The position numbers were made by a program, and so were the translations under genes. The notes beneath the pieces were generated by a model, which saw only the letters and a program-made list of their open reading frames with translations, had not been told where the DNA came from and searched no databases. Positions 50,904-59,941 of a stretch of 64,000 bases of DNA are shown here, piece by piece (the stretch's first letter is position 1; every line of letters begins with the position of its first letter). This stretch comes from an uncultured bacterium (lineage in GTDB: Bacteria > Abyssobacteria > SURF-5), in assembly GCA_964607485.1 (NCBI GenBank), contig CAZSKP010000007.1, forward strand, positions 85,539 to 149,538, written 5' to 3'.

Positions 50904-50983
50904 GAGAGTTGTACTATTTTCAAGCCCCTGAAAGTGAAGGCATCGTCCATCCGATAGTGAAGAATCCGTTTTCAAATCTACAC
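50904..50983 (-). repeat. internally deleted module-boundary repeat, copy I
   Basis: Reverse complement: GTGTAGATTTGAAAACGGATTCTTCAC|TATCGGATGG...CACTTTC...AAATAGTAC; the AGAGCGAT-TTGAACG block is missing. Confidence 0.75.
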
Positions 50984-50998
50984 AGGTCCACTAGCTGA

Positions 50999-51400
50999 CT
51001 AAAACCCCAGTTCGATGTCTAGCACCCGCTGCAGACGTTTGTGGAATTTGCTTTTCGGCTGTCTATCCTTCAGTTCCCAATTGACCACTGTCATTTCATC
51101 CGCTCCCACCAATTCCGCAAGCTCCCTTATCATCAGCCCTCTGTCAATCCTTGCTTTTCTGATCGCCTCTCCAAGGCTGTTTGCATTCTCTGGATATTCA
51201 GGGTAGAATGCCTTTGGTGAAAGAGCAAATTGAATGGCATAGACACCGTTTTCGATACCGGTTGTTTTTAGGATATGTCCCACGGGTGACCGTTCATCAG
51301 GGTTTTTGGCCTGAAACTCTACGACCTGTGGCGCAGAGATTTCCATGATCTCTCGATCAATCTGTTTCCAGAGAGGACTCTGCATCGAAAAAACAGCCAT
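50999..51400 (-). CDS. XRE-family HTH domain protein
   Basis: YPENANSLGEAIRKARIDRGLMIRELAELVGADEMTVVNWE. Confidence 0.75.
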   Translation of the reverse strand: MAVFSMQSPLWKQIDREIMEISAPQVVEFQAKNPDERSPVGHILKTTGIENGVYAIQFALSPKAFYPEYPENANSLGEAIRKARIDRGLMIRELAELVGADEMTVVNWELKDRQPKSKFHKRLQRVLDIELGF

Positions 51401-51427
51401 GGCATTTTCAGGCGAAAAAGGAATATG

Positions 51428-51652
51428 CTAACTGGGTTTGATAGAAGACACGAATTGGTCGATTACCATCGTCAATGCAGTGCGCACCTCGGGAGATAGA
51501 CTCGCCCAAGCGTGCATAAGTCTCTTTATAGGGTGCCCGGCAGGTTCTTTAGCATATTTGGTGCAGAGAGCAATGTCTTGTTCCGTAGCACCTGTATTTT
51601 CAATGCCTTCTGGCTCTTCTTGTATTGGTTCGAGCCCAGTACCGCCCACCAT
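51428..51652 (-). CDS. short ORF starting antisense within the tRNA fragment
   Basis: MVGGTGLEP is the reverse complement of the tRNA 3' end; helical C-terminal part (RLMHAWASLSPEVRTAL). Confidence 0.35.
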   Translation of the reverse strand: MVGGTGLEPIQEEPEGIENTGATEQDIALCTKYAKEPAGHPIKRLMHAWASLSPEVRTALTMVIDQFVSSIKPS

Positions 51653-51658
51653 GTAACT
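51626..51658 (+). mobile_element. tRNA-Val 3' fragment (T arm, acceptor, CCA plus 7 nt flank), att-like
   Basis: TGGTTCGAGCCCAGTACCGCCCACCATGTAACT, 31/33 identical to 21578-21610. Confidence 0.88.
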
Positions 51659-51718
51659 GCTTGAAGCTCCTTATGTTATAAGCACCCTTGAATGCCCCCC
51701 GGATTTTTCTCTTCAAAC

Positions 51719-51740
51719 TGTGGCCCAAACTGTCTCACAA
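51719..51740 (+). repeat. arm-type repeat, copy 3
   Basis: TGTGGCCCAAACTGTCTCACAA followed by TCCACATTAT, as in copy 1. Confidence 0.65.
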
Positions 51741-51965
51741 AATTCCACATTATGTTGTATTAGTTTCCGCATGATCTTTATATATAAAGTAGAGCATCTG
51801 CCTATTTAGCAAGAAGCCGCACCGCCTCCGAAAGGTTTTCTTTAAATCCTGTCTGCTGTTTGGATGGGAGGATTCTCACGTAGAAAGCTTTGGTGAATAG
51901 CAGGACGGATATTCTTGACCGAGGGAACAACAACTAGTCTCATGAGATTCTTGGAACGTTGACCA

Positions 51966-52067
51966 GTGCAGAGTTGAAAACGGATTATGCACTCCCTTAG
52001 AGCGATGTTTAAACGCTCGGATGGGTGAGAGCTTCACTTTCGGGTGATGCCGAGAAGTCAAGGTTTC
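51966..52067 (+). repeat. ~100-bp module-boundary repeat, copy B
   Basis: GTGCAGAGTTGAAAACG...AGAGCGATGTTTAAACGCTCGGATGGGTG...CACTTTC...GAGAAGTCAAGGTTTC. Confidence 0.9.
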
Positions 52068-52323
52068 GTCAATATCGCGGCGTTCTATTCCTTCTGTTTA
52101 TGTTGCCTGCTGGGCATTGGCCCAAGGGAGATGGCGTGGGGACAAGGTCATGCGCGGTGGCAGGCGCGGGGCGCCTTGTGTAATTTTTGTGGATTTTTTT
52201 CGGCGATTTGCATTAACATAGAGCGACCGCTGGTACCATAACCGAGCACTTGTCAAGCGAGTGTTTGATACTCTCCTTTCTTATAATTCATCCATTTGCC
52301 GGCGGAAGAGGACGGGTGATAGT

Positions 52324-53175
52324 GTGCGATTTCTGATTATTGACGGCTACGCGCCCGAAAACCGCGAGCGATTGCGTGCGGCGGGTATGACCATAGCTGC
52401 TGAGCTTCACGTTCGAATGTTGCGGCGGTTTGAACCAACGGCAGCCATTGACGTTGTCTTTCCCTCCGATCCGGGTCAGAGCATGCCGTCAACAGATGAT
52501 CTTCGTGCATACGCTGGAATCATTTGGACCGGCTGCGACAAATCTCTGGCGGAAACCGACGATCCCGACGTGGAGAAGCAGTTGGAGCTTGCCCGAGGAG
52601 TACTTCGAGCGGAAACGTCATCTTGGGGAACCTGCTGGGGGATTCAGATAATGGCCGTGGCGGCCGGCGGAGAGGTCCGGCGCAATCCAAAAGGGAGGGA
52701 GATCGGTCTGGCGAGAAAAATCAGCCTGACCCCCGAAGGACGATCTCATCCCATGTACACGGGTAAGAGCGATGTCTTCGACGCCCTCGCCAGCCATTTG
52801 GATATGGTGACGAGAGTTCCGCCCCACGCGCTCGTACTTGCCGGCAATGAACATACCCAGGTACAGGCCATGACGTTCTGTTATGGGAAGGGTGCCTTCT
52901 GGGGGGTGCAGTATCATCCCGACTATGATACCCGCGAGGTGGCAAGGCTGATGGTCACGAGGAAGACGCTCCTCATATCAGAGGGATTTTTTGAGGACGA
53001 GCGGGATTTTGAGACGCACATCGGACACTTGGAGAAACTCGCCGAAAATCCGCAGAACAGGAACTTGCGGTGGAAGCTGGGCATCGACGACGATATCCTC
53101 TCGATTGATTCACGTCAGCGTGAGTTTGGCAATTGGCTGAAGGAAGTCGTCGCTCGCAGGAGGTCGGCTTCTTGA
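52324..53175 (+). CDS. type 1 glutamine amidotransferase-like protein (possible gamma-glutamyl hydrolase)
   Basis: GIIWTG, GTCWGIQ nucleophile elbow, SHLD, GVQYHPD. Confidence 0.82.
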   Translation: MRFLIIDGYAPENRERLRAAGMTIAAELHVRMLRRFEPTAAIDVVFPSDPGQSMPSTDDLRAYAGIIWTGCDKSLAETDDPDVEKQLELARGVLRAETSSWGTCWGIQIMAVAAGGEVRRNPKGREIGLARKISLTPEGRSHPMYTGKSDVFDALASHLDMVTRVPPHALVLAGNEHTQVQAMTFCYGKGAFWGVQYHPDYDTREVARLMVTRKTLLISEGFFEDERDFETHIGHLEKLAENPQNRNLRWKLGIDDDILSIDSRQREFGNWLKEVVARRRSAS

Positions 53176-53203
53176 GAAGATCAGAACGCGAGGAGATAAC
53201 CCC

Positions 53204-54376
53204 GTGACGGAAGTTGTCAGGTTTTCGTTTCCGACAATTGTCACTTATGGTCCGGGCGCCGTGAAGCAGTTGCCGCTGTGCCTGGAAGAAGTGGGGATGA
53301 CCAGGCCCCTGCTGCTCACAGATAGCGGGCTGACCAGAACGGATACGTTCAAGATGGTCGAAGCTGTACTGAAGGAATCCCAAGTTCCTTACGTCGTCTT
53401 TTCCGATGTGCATCCTAATCCCGCGACAGAAAATGTCGAAATGGCTCTCGAGCACTATCAGGCCAATGACTGCAACGGAGTTGTCGGTCTCGGCGGCGGA
53501 AGCGTCCTTGACGCCGCCAAGGTCATTCCGGTGAGAGCAGTCAATGATGGGCCCCTTACGAGATACGACGTCGAGACCGGCGGCAATGCGACCATCAGAG
53601 TGCCTCTGCCGCCGATGATAGCCATTCCCACTACCGCCGGAACCGGCTCTGAAGTGGGAAGATGTTCGGTGCTCACCGACCGCCGGCGCAGCGCGAAGTT
53701 TTTGGTCTGTCATCAGGAGATGATGCCACGCCGTGCCATTCTCGACCCGGAGTTGATCATTGGATTGCCCGCAGACCTTACCGCGGCAACGGGCATGGAT
53801 GCCTTCACTCACAATCTCGAGGCCCTGACGGTCGATGCGTTCCATCCCATGTGCGATGCGATAGCCTTGAAGGGCATCGAATATGTAGCGTCCTATCTCG
53901 AGCGAGCCGTCAAGAATCCGACCGACATCGAGGCGCGCGGACACATGATGATTGCGGCAATGATGGGAGCGGTCGCCTTTCAGAAAGACCTCGGCGCAGC
54001 TCATTCAATGGCGCATCCGTTGTCCACGCTGTGCGGTGTTCAGCATGGATTGGCGAATGCGATTTGTCTGATTCCCGTGATGAAGTTCAACCGCGAAGAA
54101 TCCGCCGCGAAATATGCCAAGGTCGCTCAATGTTTTGGGATAGATGTAAGCGGTTTGTCCGAACTCGAAGCGGCCGACAAAGCGATTGAGGCAGTAGCGG
54201 ACCTCAGCCGACGCATAGGAATTCCCCGTTCTCTGGCCCAGGTCGGCGTGACGGAAGACCAGTTGCCCGTGCTCGCAAAGAGTGCCGCTCTCGACATCTG
54301 CCACAGGACGAATCCCAGACCCTGCAGTGAGAAAGATTTTCTGATGCTGTACCGGCAGTCGTTTGCAGAGACTTGA
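53204..54376 (+). CDS. iron-containing alcohol dehydrogenase
   Basis: GLGGGSVLDAAK, AIPTTAGTGSE, GMDAFTH, AHSMAH, HGLANA. Confidence 0.93.
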   Translation: MTEVVRFSFPTIVTYGPGAVKQLPLCLEEVGMTRPLLLTDSGLTRTDTFKMVEAVLKESQVPYVVFSDVHPNPATENVEMALEHYQANDCNGVVGLGGGSVLDAAKVIPVRAVNDGPLTRYDVETGGNATIRVPLPPMIAIPTTAGTGSEVGRCSVLTDRRRSAKFLVCHQEMMPRRAILDPELIIGLPADLTAATGMDAFTHNLEALTVDAFHPMCDAIALKGIEYVASYLERAVKNPTDIEARGHMMIAAMMGAVAFQKDLGAAHSMAHPLSTLCGVQHGLANAICLIPVMKFNREESAAKYAKVAQCFGIDVSGLSELEAADKAIEAVADLSRRIGIPRSLAQVGVTEDQLPVLAKSAALDICHRTNPRPCSEKDFLMLYRQSFAET

Positions 54377-54393
54377 TTTCCTGGAGCTCGGAT

Positions 54394-56268
54394 ATGCCCG
54401 ACGGTTTCAATGGAATAATCCTGCGGATTAATCTCAACAGTTCGGGAATAGAACGCCACCAGTTCGACGACGCATTCTACCGGACGTATCTGGGCGGTTC
54501 AGCTATCGGCACATATTTCCTGCTGAAGGAGACATCCCCCGATACCGATGCTCTTGGCGAGGGGAATATTCTGACAATTGCGTGTTCGGTTGTCACGGGC
54601 GCACCGGTGAGCGGGCTCAGCAGGTTCTGCGTCACCGCCATCTCGCCCGAAACGGGAGCTGTCGGCGACACCCAGGCCGGCGGCAGTTTCGGGCCTCTGC
54701 TGAAGAGCGCGGGCTTCGACGCGATCGTCATCACCGGACGAGCCAAGAAACCGTGCTATATTCTTGTCGATGATGACACCGTTCAAATAGAAGATGCGGC
54801 AGAACTGACGGGACGGACCGTTCTTGAAGCGCATGATATTCTTTCAGGGGAGTATGGGCACAAGAGCGTAAGCGTCCTCCAGTGCGGGCCGGCCGGCGAA
54901 AGGCTCGTGCGGTTCGCCTGCCTCCTGGCTGACCTGAACGATGTGGCCGGGAGGACAGGAATGGGCGCGGTATTCGGCAGCAAGAACTTGCGGGCCGTTG
55001 TCGTGCGTTCCTCGAAGAAGCTTCATTTCGCCGATGCCGAGGGGATAAGACAGCTTGCCCGACTCGGTTCCGAGAACCTTTCCAAGTCGGAGTTTCCCGG
55101 TCTGCTTGCCAGGTACGGAACACCCGGCGTGCTGGGTCCGCAGGCTCGATCAGGCAACCTTTCGACGCATAATTATTCGAGAAGTTACCACGAAGACTAC
55201 CAGCGGCTCGACGGTTCTGAGTTTGAGCCGAAGATCGGCGCCGGCAAGACGACCTGTTTTGCCTGCGTGGTCGGGTGCCGTAAGAAGGTGAAATGCCGGC
55301 AGCCATACGAAGTAACCGACCGGCTTGGCGGACCCGAATTTGAGACCCTCGGTCTGCTGGGCGCTAACCTCGATATAACCGACCCCGTAGCCGTCGCCAA
55401 AGCCAATGAGTTGTGCAACAACTATGGGATCGACACCATCACGATGGGCGCTCTGGCGGCATACCTTTTTGAGTGCGTGGAGAGCGGGCTCATTTCCGCC
55501 GAAGAGCTTGCCGAGGGAAGAACCTTGAGGTTCGGCAACGCGGACGCATTGCTGTGGCTTATCGAGCAGGTTGCCAATCGTCAGGGCATCGGCGACCTCC
55601 TGGCCGAAGGATTCGAAGCTGCTGTGAAGAAACTCGGCCCCGCCACGGCCCAGTGCGCGATCAATGTCAAGAACCATGGCCTTCCGGCCCACATGGCACA
55701 GGTCAAACCCAGCCAGGCCCTGATGTACGCGGTATGTCCCATCGGGGCGGATCACATGTCGTCGGAACACGACTGGCTGTTGACATCCGACTCCGAAGCC
55801 GGCAAGGGCTTGGGGATCCTTGGCCGCGGCACAGCCGCCAGTTGCGACCTCGGCAAGGTGCGGATGACGGTCTATTCCCAGTATTACTACAGCCTGCTCG
55901 ATGCGCTGTGCCTCTGCATGTTCTGCTGGGGACCCGGAAGTCTGTTCGATTACCGATGCCTCGAACAGCTCCTCCGCTGCGCTACCGGCTGGGAATGCAC
56001 ATTCTGGGAGCTGATGAAGGTCGGACAGCGACGGGTCAACATGATGCGTCAGGTGAACGCCAAGAGAGGCTTTTCGCGCAAGGAAGACAGCCTCCCCGCG
56101 AGACTGTTTGAACCTTTGCCCGATGGGCCGGCCAAAGGAAGATGCGTGAGCAGGAAGGACTTTCCCAGGATGCTGGACCAGTATTACGCCCTGATGGGCT
56201 GGGATCCGCAATCCGGGAACCCGACGGAGGGCGTTCTTCTTGAGCTGGGACTCGACTGGACGATGTGA
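54394..56268 (+). CDS. aldehyde:ferredoxin oxidoreductase family protein (W/Mo)
   Basis: ISPETG, GPAGE, AGRTGMGAVFGSKNLRAV, CFACVVGC, GPEFET, NNYGIDT, GWDPQSGNP. Confidence 0.9.
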   Translation: MPDGFNGIILRINLNSSGIERHQFDDAFYRTYLGGSAIGTYFLLKETSPDTDALGEGNILTIACSVVTGAPVSGLSRFCVTAISPETGAVGDTQAGGSFGPLLKSAGFDAIVITGRAKKPCYILVDDDTVQIEDAAELTGRTVLEAHDILSGEYGHKSVSVLQCGPAGERLVRFACLLADLNDVAGRTGMGAVFGSKNLRAVVVRSSKKLHFADAEGIRQLARLGSENLSKSEFPGLLARYGTPGVLGPQARSGNLSTHNYSRSYHEDYQRLDGSEFEPKIGAGKTTCFACVVGCRKKVKCRQPYEVTDRLGGPEFETLGLLGANLDITDPVAVAKANELCNNYGIDTITMGALAAYLFECVESGLISAEELAEGRTLRFGNADALLWLIEQVANRQGIGDLLAEGFEAAVKKLGPATAQCAINVKNHGLPAHMAQVKPSQALMYAVCPIGADHMSSEHDWLLTSDSEAGKGLGILGRGTAASCDLGKVRMTVYSQYYYSLLDALCLCMFCWGPGSLFDYRCLEQLLRCATGWECTFWELMKVGQRRVNMMRQVNAKRGFSRKEDSLPARLFEPLPDGPAKGRCVSRKDFPRMLDQYYALMGWDPQSGNPTEGVLLELGLDWTM

Positions 56269-56308
56269 ACAGGAAATCGAATCGCGAGACTGATGAAAGG
56301 TTGCAAAC

Positions 56309-57676
56309 ATGGGCACGAAAACCAGAAAAACAAATGCGTTGCCGGACTGGTTCACCCCGAAGAACATTGAAACCGTAATATTCGCCTTCCCCGATGTGTT
56401 CGGCCGGCTGATGGGAAAGCGGATAACCTTCGATCACTTTGCACACCACTCGCTCAAGACCGGGATGCACGCATGCAGTTATCTTTTGACCGTCGATATC
56501 AACATGCAGGTGGTCGATGGTTTCAAGGTCGCGAGCTGGGACACGGGCTTTGGCGATTTTTCCATCAAGGCCGACCTCGGCACGGTCATGAGAGTGCCCT
56601 GGTACGAAAAGACGGCCATCGTGCTCGGAGATATGATGCATCACGACGGCAGGCCCGTGGAGGAATCGCCCAGACGCATTCTGGCCAAACAGGTTCAGAG
56701 ACTCGCCCGCAAAGGTCAAAAAGCGTGCCTGGGGTCGGAACTGGAGTTCTTTCTGTTTGATGAAACCTATCGAACGGCACGCGAGAAGAGATATCAGGAC
56801 CTGAAAGCAGCTTCACACTATTCGATTGACTATCACATCTTGCAACCGGGCAAGGACGAGGATGTCATTCGAAGGCTGAGAAATGAGATGAGCGCCGCAG
56901 GTGTTCTGGTCGAATGCAGCAAGGGCGAAACGGCCGACGGGCAACACGAGGTGAACCTGCTCTATTGCGAAGCGATGGAGATGGCGGATAAGCACGTGCT
57001 GTTCAAGACCGGCGCGAAGGACATTGCGTCTCAACAGGGAAAAGCCATCAGCTTTATGGCCAAGCTGAACGCCGCCCAGGCCGGCAATGGGTTTCACATT
57101 CACACCAGCATGTGGGATGCGGACGGAAAAACAAACCTGTTCTGGGATTCAAAATCCTCGGCTCCCAGCAAGCTGTTCAGGCAGTTTCTCGGCGGGCTTC
57201 TGGCGTACAGCCGGGAATTGACATACTTTTTCGCTCCAACCATTAACTCGTACAAGAGGTTTCAACCCGGCTCATGGGCGCCGACGGCCATCGTGTGCGG
57301 CCAGGACAATCGCACCTGCGGTTTCAGAATCGTGGGCCAGGGGAACTCGCTTCGCGTCGAGAACCGCATGCCCTGCGCCGACGCGAATCCCTACCTGGCT
57401 TTTGCAGCAACGATTGCTGCCGGGTTGAAGGGCATCGAAGAAAAGCTCGATTGCGGACGGATCTTTGAGGGCAATGCGTATGCCGACCGGACTCTGCCCC
57501 ACCTGCCGCTCTCGCTCGATGAGGCCCGGCGCCTTCTTGATGAGAGCAAGGTTGCCCGCGAGGCGTTCGGCGAGGACGTTGTTGACTTTTATGTGCACAC
57601 CGCCGATTGCGAGGTCACAACCTTTGGCCAGGCTGTGACCGACTGGGAAAGGCAGCGGTACTTTGAGCAAACGTAG
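56309..57676 (+). CDS. glutamine synthetase-like gamma-glutamyl-amine ligase (PuuA/GlnA4-like)
   Basis: DVFGRLMGKR, ELEFF, GQHEVN, FMAK, GNGFHIH, NSYKRF, DNRTCGFR, ENRMPCADANPY, DWERQRY. Confidence 0.88.
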   Translation: MGTKTRKTNALPDWFTPKNIETVIFAFPDVFGRLMGKRITFDHFAHHSLKTGMHACSYLLTVDINMQVVDGFKVASWDTGFGDFSIKADLGTVMRVPWYEKTAIVLGDMMHHDGRPVEESPRRILAKQVQRLARKGQKACLGSELEFFLFDETYRTAREKRYQDLKAASHYSIDYHILQPGKDEDVIRRLRNEMSAAGVLVECSKGETADGQHEVNLLYCEAMEMADKHVLFKTGAKDIASQQGKAISFMAKLNAAQAGNGFHIHTSMWDADGKTNLFWDSKSSAPSKLFRQFLGGLLAYSRELTYFFAPTINSYKRFQPGSWAPTAIVCGQDNRTCGFRIVGQGNSLRVENRMPCADANPYLAFAATIAAGLKGIEEKLDCGRIFEGNAYADRTLPHLPLSLDEARRLLDESKVAREAFGEDVVDFYVHTADCEVTTFGQAVTDWERQRYFEQT

Positions 57677-57733
57677 TCCTCTCCGCGTAATATCTCGGTA
57701 GGAGAATCATGGCAGCCGAAACAGACCGGAATG

Positions 57734-57835
57734 GTGCAGAGTTGAAAACGTAATCTTCACTCGCCAAGAGCGATGTTTGAACGATTGGAAGGGTGGAAGC
57801 TGCACTTTCGGATGGGTTCGAAAAGTCAAGGTTTC
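57734..57835 (+). repeat. ~100-bp module-boundary repeat, copy C
   Basis: GTGCAGAGTTGAAAACGTAATCTTCACTC...AGAGCGATGTTTGAACGATTGGAAGGGTGGAAGCTGCACTTTC...GAAAAGTCAAGGTTTC. Confidence 0.9.
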
Positions 57836-57939
57836 AGCAATTATCCAGAGCGATTTATCTTAACGATCATTTGGCCAAGCCGATCTTCTCTAGCATCCTA
57901 CAAAGCGTGATGCCTAATGGCTAGATGTCGATCCGCTGG

Positions 57940-58857
57940 TCAATCGCGGCCTCTCAGCATGGCTAGTTCGGTGATGTAGTGTTTCCAGTAGTGGGTCTTG
58001 CGTTCGTACTTGCAGTACTTACGCTGGTCGGCGGTGATGCGGCACAGAAACCTCCTCACAAAGTAGCGGATCAGTCTCCACCGGGCCTGGATGGCTCTGA
58101 ACCTCCTGCCGCGAACCAGGACATCCACATACGCCTTGCTGCGGGCGACCTTTACGCACCTCTCCCATACATACTCCTTCGTCATTCGCTCAGGAAAATA
58201 CTCATGAACTACGACGGCTGCGGGCTGGTACAGCAGTTTCTCACCACCCTCCTTGAGCCGCGTGCCGAATTCCGTGTCTTCATGTGATCCCGACGCTCCT
58301 GCGCCCAGGTGAACGTCAAAAAGACCATGCTTCTGAAACATGCGCTTGAGGATCGCCATGTTGGCGCCCACAAGCGATCCGCAGTAGTGCGGCGTCGGCC
58401 CCCGGTCGTAGTATGGGTGCACAAACATTCGTTCTTCGACCAGCCACGGCGGCACGCTGTCCGTTTTTTCTTCACGGAGGAGAATCTTTCCCTGAATGGC
58501 TGCGACCTCGGGATGCGCGGCGAACGCATCGCGAATTGCCTCCAGCCACCGTTCGTCGACGACCACGTCGTCGTCAGTGAACGCGATGATCTCTGCCCGG
58601 GCGCGCTCGACGGCAGAATTGCGCGCATAGGAGAGCCCCTTGCGCGGCTCGAAGTAGTAGGCATACTTGCCGGGGTGTCTCTCCACAAAAGCTTGCACGA
58701 CATCGCGCGTATCTTTGATCGTCGATCCGTTATCAACAACCAGGACTTCGTAGGTCAGGCCATCCGGAACCTTCAGCTTCTCGATGCTATCGAGGGCTCG
58801 AGCGAGCAGGTCCCGGCGGTTCCGCGTACAGATTGCGACGCTGATACCGACGCTCAT
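57940..58857 (-). CDS. glycosyltransferase family 2 (close paralog of 47402-48334)
   Basis: SVAICTRNRRDLL, KLKVPDGLTYEVLVVDNGS, AFTDDD, GANMA, HEDTE. Confidence 0.9.
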   Translation of the reverse strand: MSVGISVAICTRNRRDLLARALDSIEKLKVPDGLTYEVLVVDNGSTIKDTRDVVQAFVERHPGKYAYYFEPRKGLSYARNSAVERARAEIIAFTDDDVVVDERWLEAIRDAFAAHPEVAAIQGKILLREEKTDSVPPWLVEERMFVHPYYDRGPTPHYCGSLVGANMAILKRMFQKHGLFDVHLGAGASGSHEDTEFGTRLKEGGEKLLYQPAAVVVHEYFPERMTKEYVWERCVKVARSKAYVDVLVRGRRFRAIQARWRLIRYFVRRFLCRITADQRKYCKYERKTHYWKHYITELAMLRGRD

Positions 58858-58905
58858 GTCCCACACTTACCTTTCTAACGCAAACTTGTTTCTTTCACTC
58901 TGCGA

Positions 58906-59886
58906 TCATGCCGCCCCGCATGGATCGTCGCCTTGGAATCGCGCGACGGGGAGCTCCCGGTGCCACGTCCGATAATACGCGCCATTCTTGCCGTAAGCGT
59001 TATCCAGAAGGATGTTCTGAACGCCGAGGAGCGACGCCAGGACGTGGCCGTGCAGCCGGGATGTTACAACGGTTTCGGCTTCCAGAAACCTGTAGGCGCA
59101 CGCTCGCACCCACCCGCGCGCGGCTGCGTGCCACGCCACCGCATGAAGCTGATTTGCCCCGACCTTCCGGAAGCAACGGGCGACCCGCTTCGCCACGTCC
59201 ACGCGCACCTTCCTCAGGCGGAGCATGTCTCTCCAGTCACCGGTCCAACCCGGTCCCAACTCTGGCACTTCCTGTTTCTCGCAACGCTCCGCATCCTCAC
59301 GCAGCAAATATAGCGTGCCGCTTGGAGAGCATGAGGCAGGGCCGAGCTGCAGGGTTTTCACAAGGGGATGCAGCAACATCGCCATGTCGGGCGCCAAAGC
59401 GGTCCGGCAGCAGGTGAAATGCGTTCGCGCGATCGTCAGGCTCCTGCTGTCGCGAAGCAGAACAGTCAGGTTTGAATGTCCGTTCAGAATCTTCGCCGAA
59501 GCGTCGAGGCCGATCGGGTCCTTGTAGTGAATCGTCTGGGGCAGGAAGAGAATGGCGTTGGACGGATACGCCTTCACGACCGCTTCGCGGAATGCCTGTA
59601 TCCAAGGATACAGGTCACCCATATTGCCGCCCCCCTGGCAAAGCAGTATCACGTCTTTCGGAAATTTCGGGAACGTGAAGTTGTCCTTGTGCCATCGCCC
59701 GAGGACACGCGCTCCCGAATGTCGAAGCCAATACTCCGTGCCCAAGAAGACCATCAAATCGCCGATGTTAAGGTATTTTGGATACTCAAGATAGACCACC
59801 TTGCTGCCGGGCGGCACCTGCTCGGCGAGCAGGCGTGCGAGTCGCCGCCGAAGAGAACTCCAAAACGCATCGAGTGCGGCATCCAT
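58906..59886 (-). CDS. polysaccharide pyruvyl transferase family protein
   Basis: NIGDL, GGGNMGDLY, PQTI, RDSRS, PDMA, TSRLHGHV, DNAYGK. Confidence 0.88.
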   Translation of the reverse strand: MDAALDAFWSSLRRRLARLLAEQVPPGSKVVYLEYPKYLNIGDLMVFLGTEYWLRHSGARVLGRWHKDNFTFPKFPKDVILLCQGGGNMGDLYPWIQAFREAVVKAYPSNAILFLPQTIHYKDPIGLDASAKILNGHSNLTVLLRDSRSLTIARTHFTCCRTALAPDMAMLLHPLVKTLQLGPASCSPSGTLYLLREDAERCEKQEVPELGPGWTGDWRDMLRLRKVRVDVAKRVARCFRKVGANQLHAVAWHAAARGWVRACAYRFLEAETVVTSRLHGHVLASLLGVQNILLDNAYGKNGAYYRTWHRELPVARFQGDDPCGAA

Positions 59887-59941
59887 AGGCGTCGCTCAGC
59901 GAACTGAGCCCGGCTTTCGGGCCGGGGTATGCGCCTGAGCT

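Larger units (their letters stand above)
31712..51625. mobile_element. ~19.9-kb segment 2 lying between the two halves of the tRNA-Val copy
   Basis: Flanking tRNA fragments join at TGGT; all internal boundary repeats are in reverse orientation. Confidence 0.6.

Noticed and set aside
998-57676. Selenocysteine (TGA) recoding in the redox enzymes
   Set aside because: All these ORFs are full length, and I saw no in-frame TGA at a Cys position.
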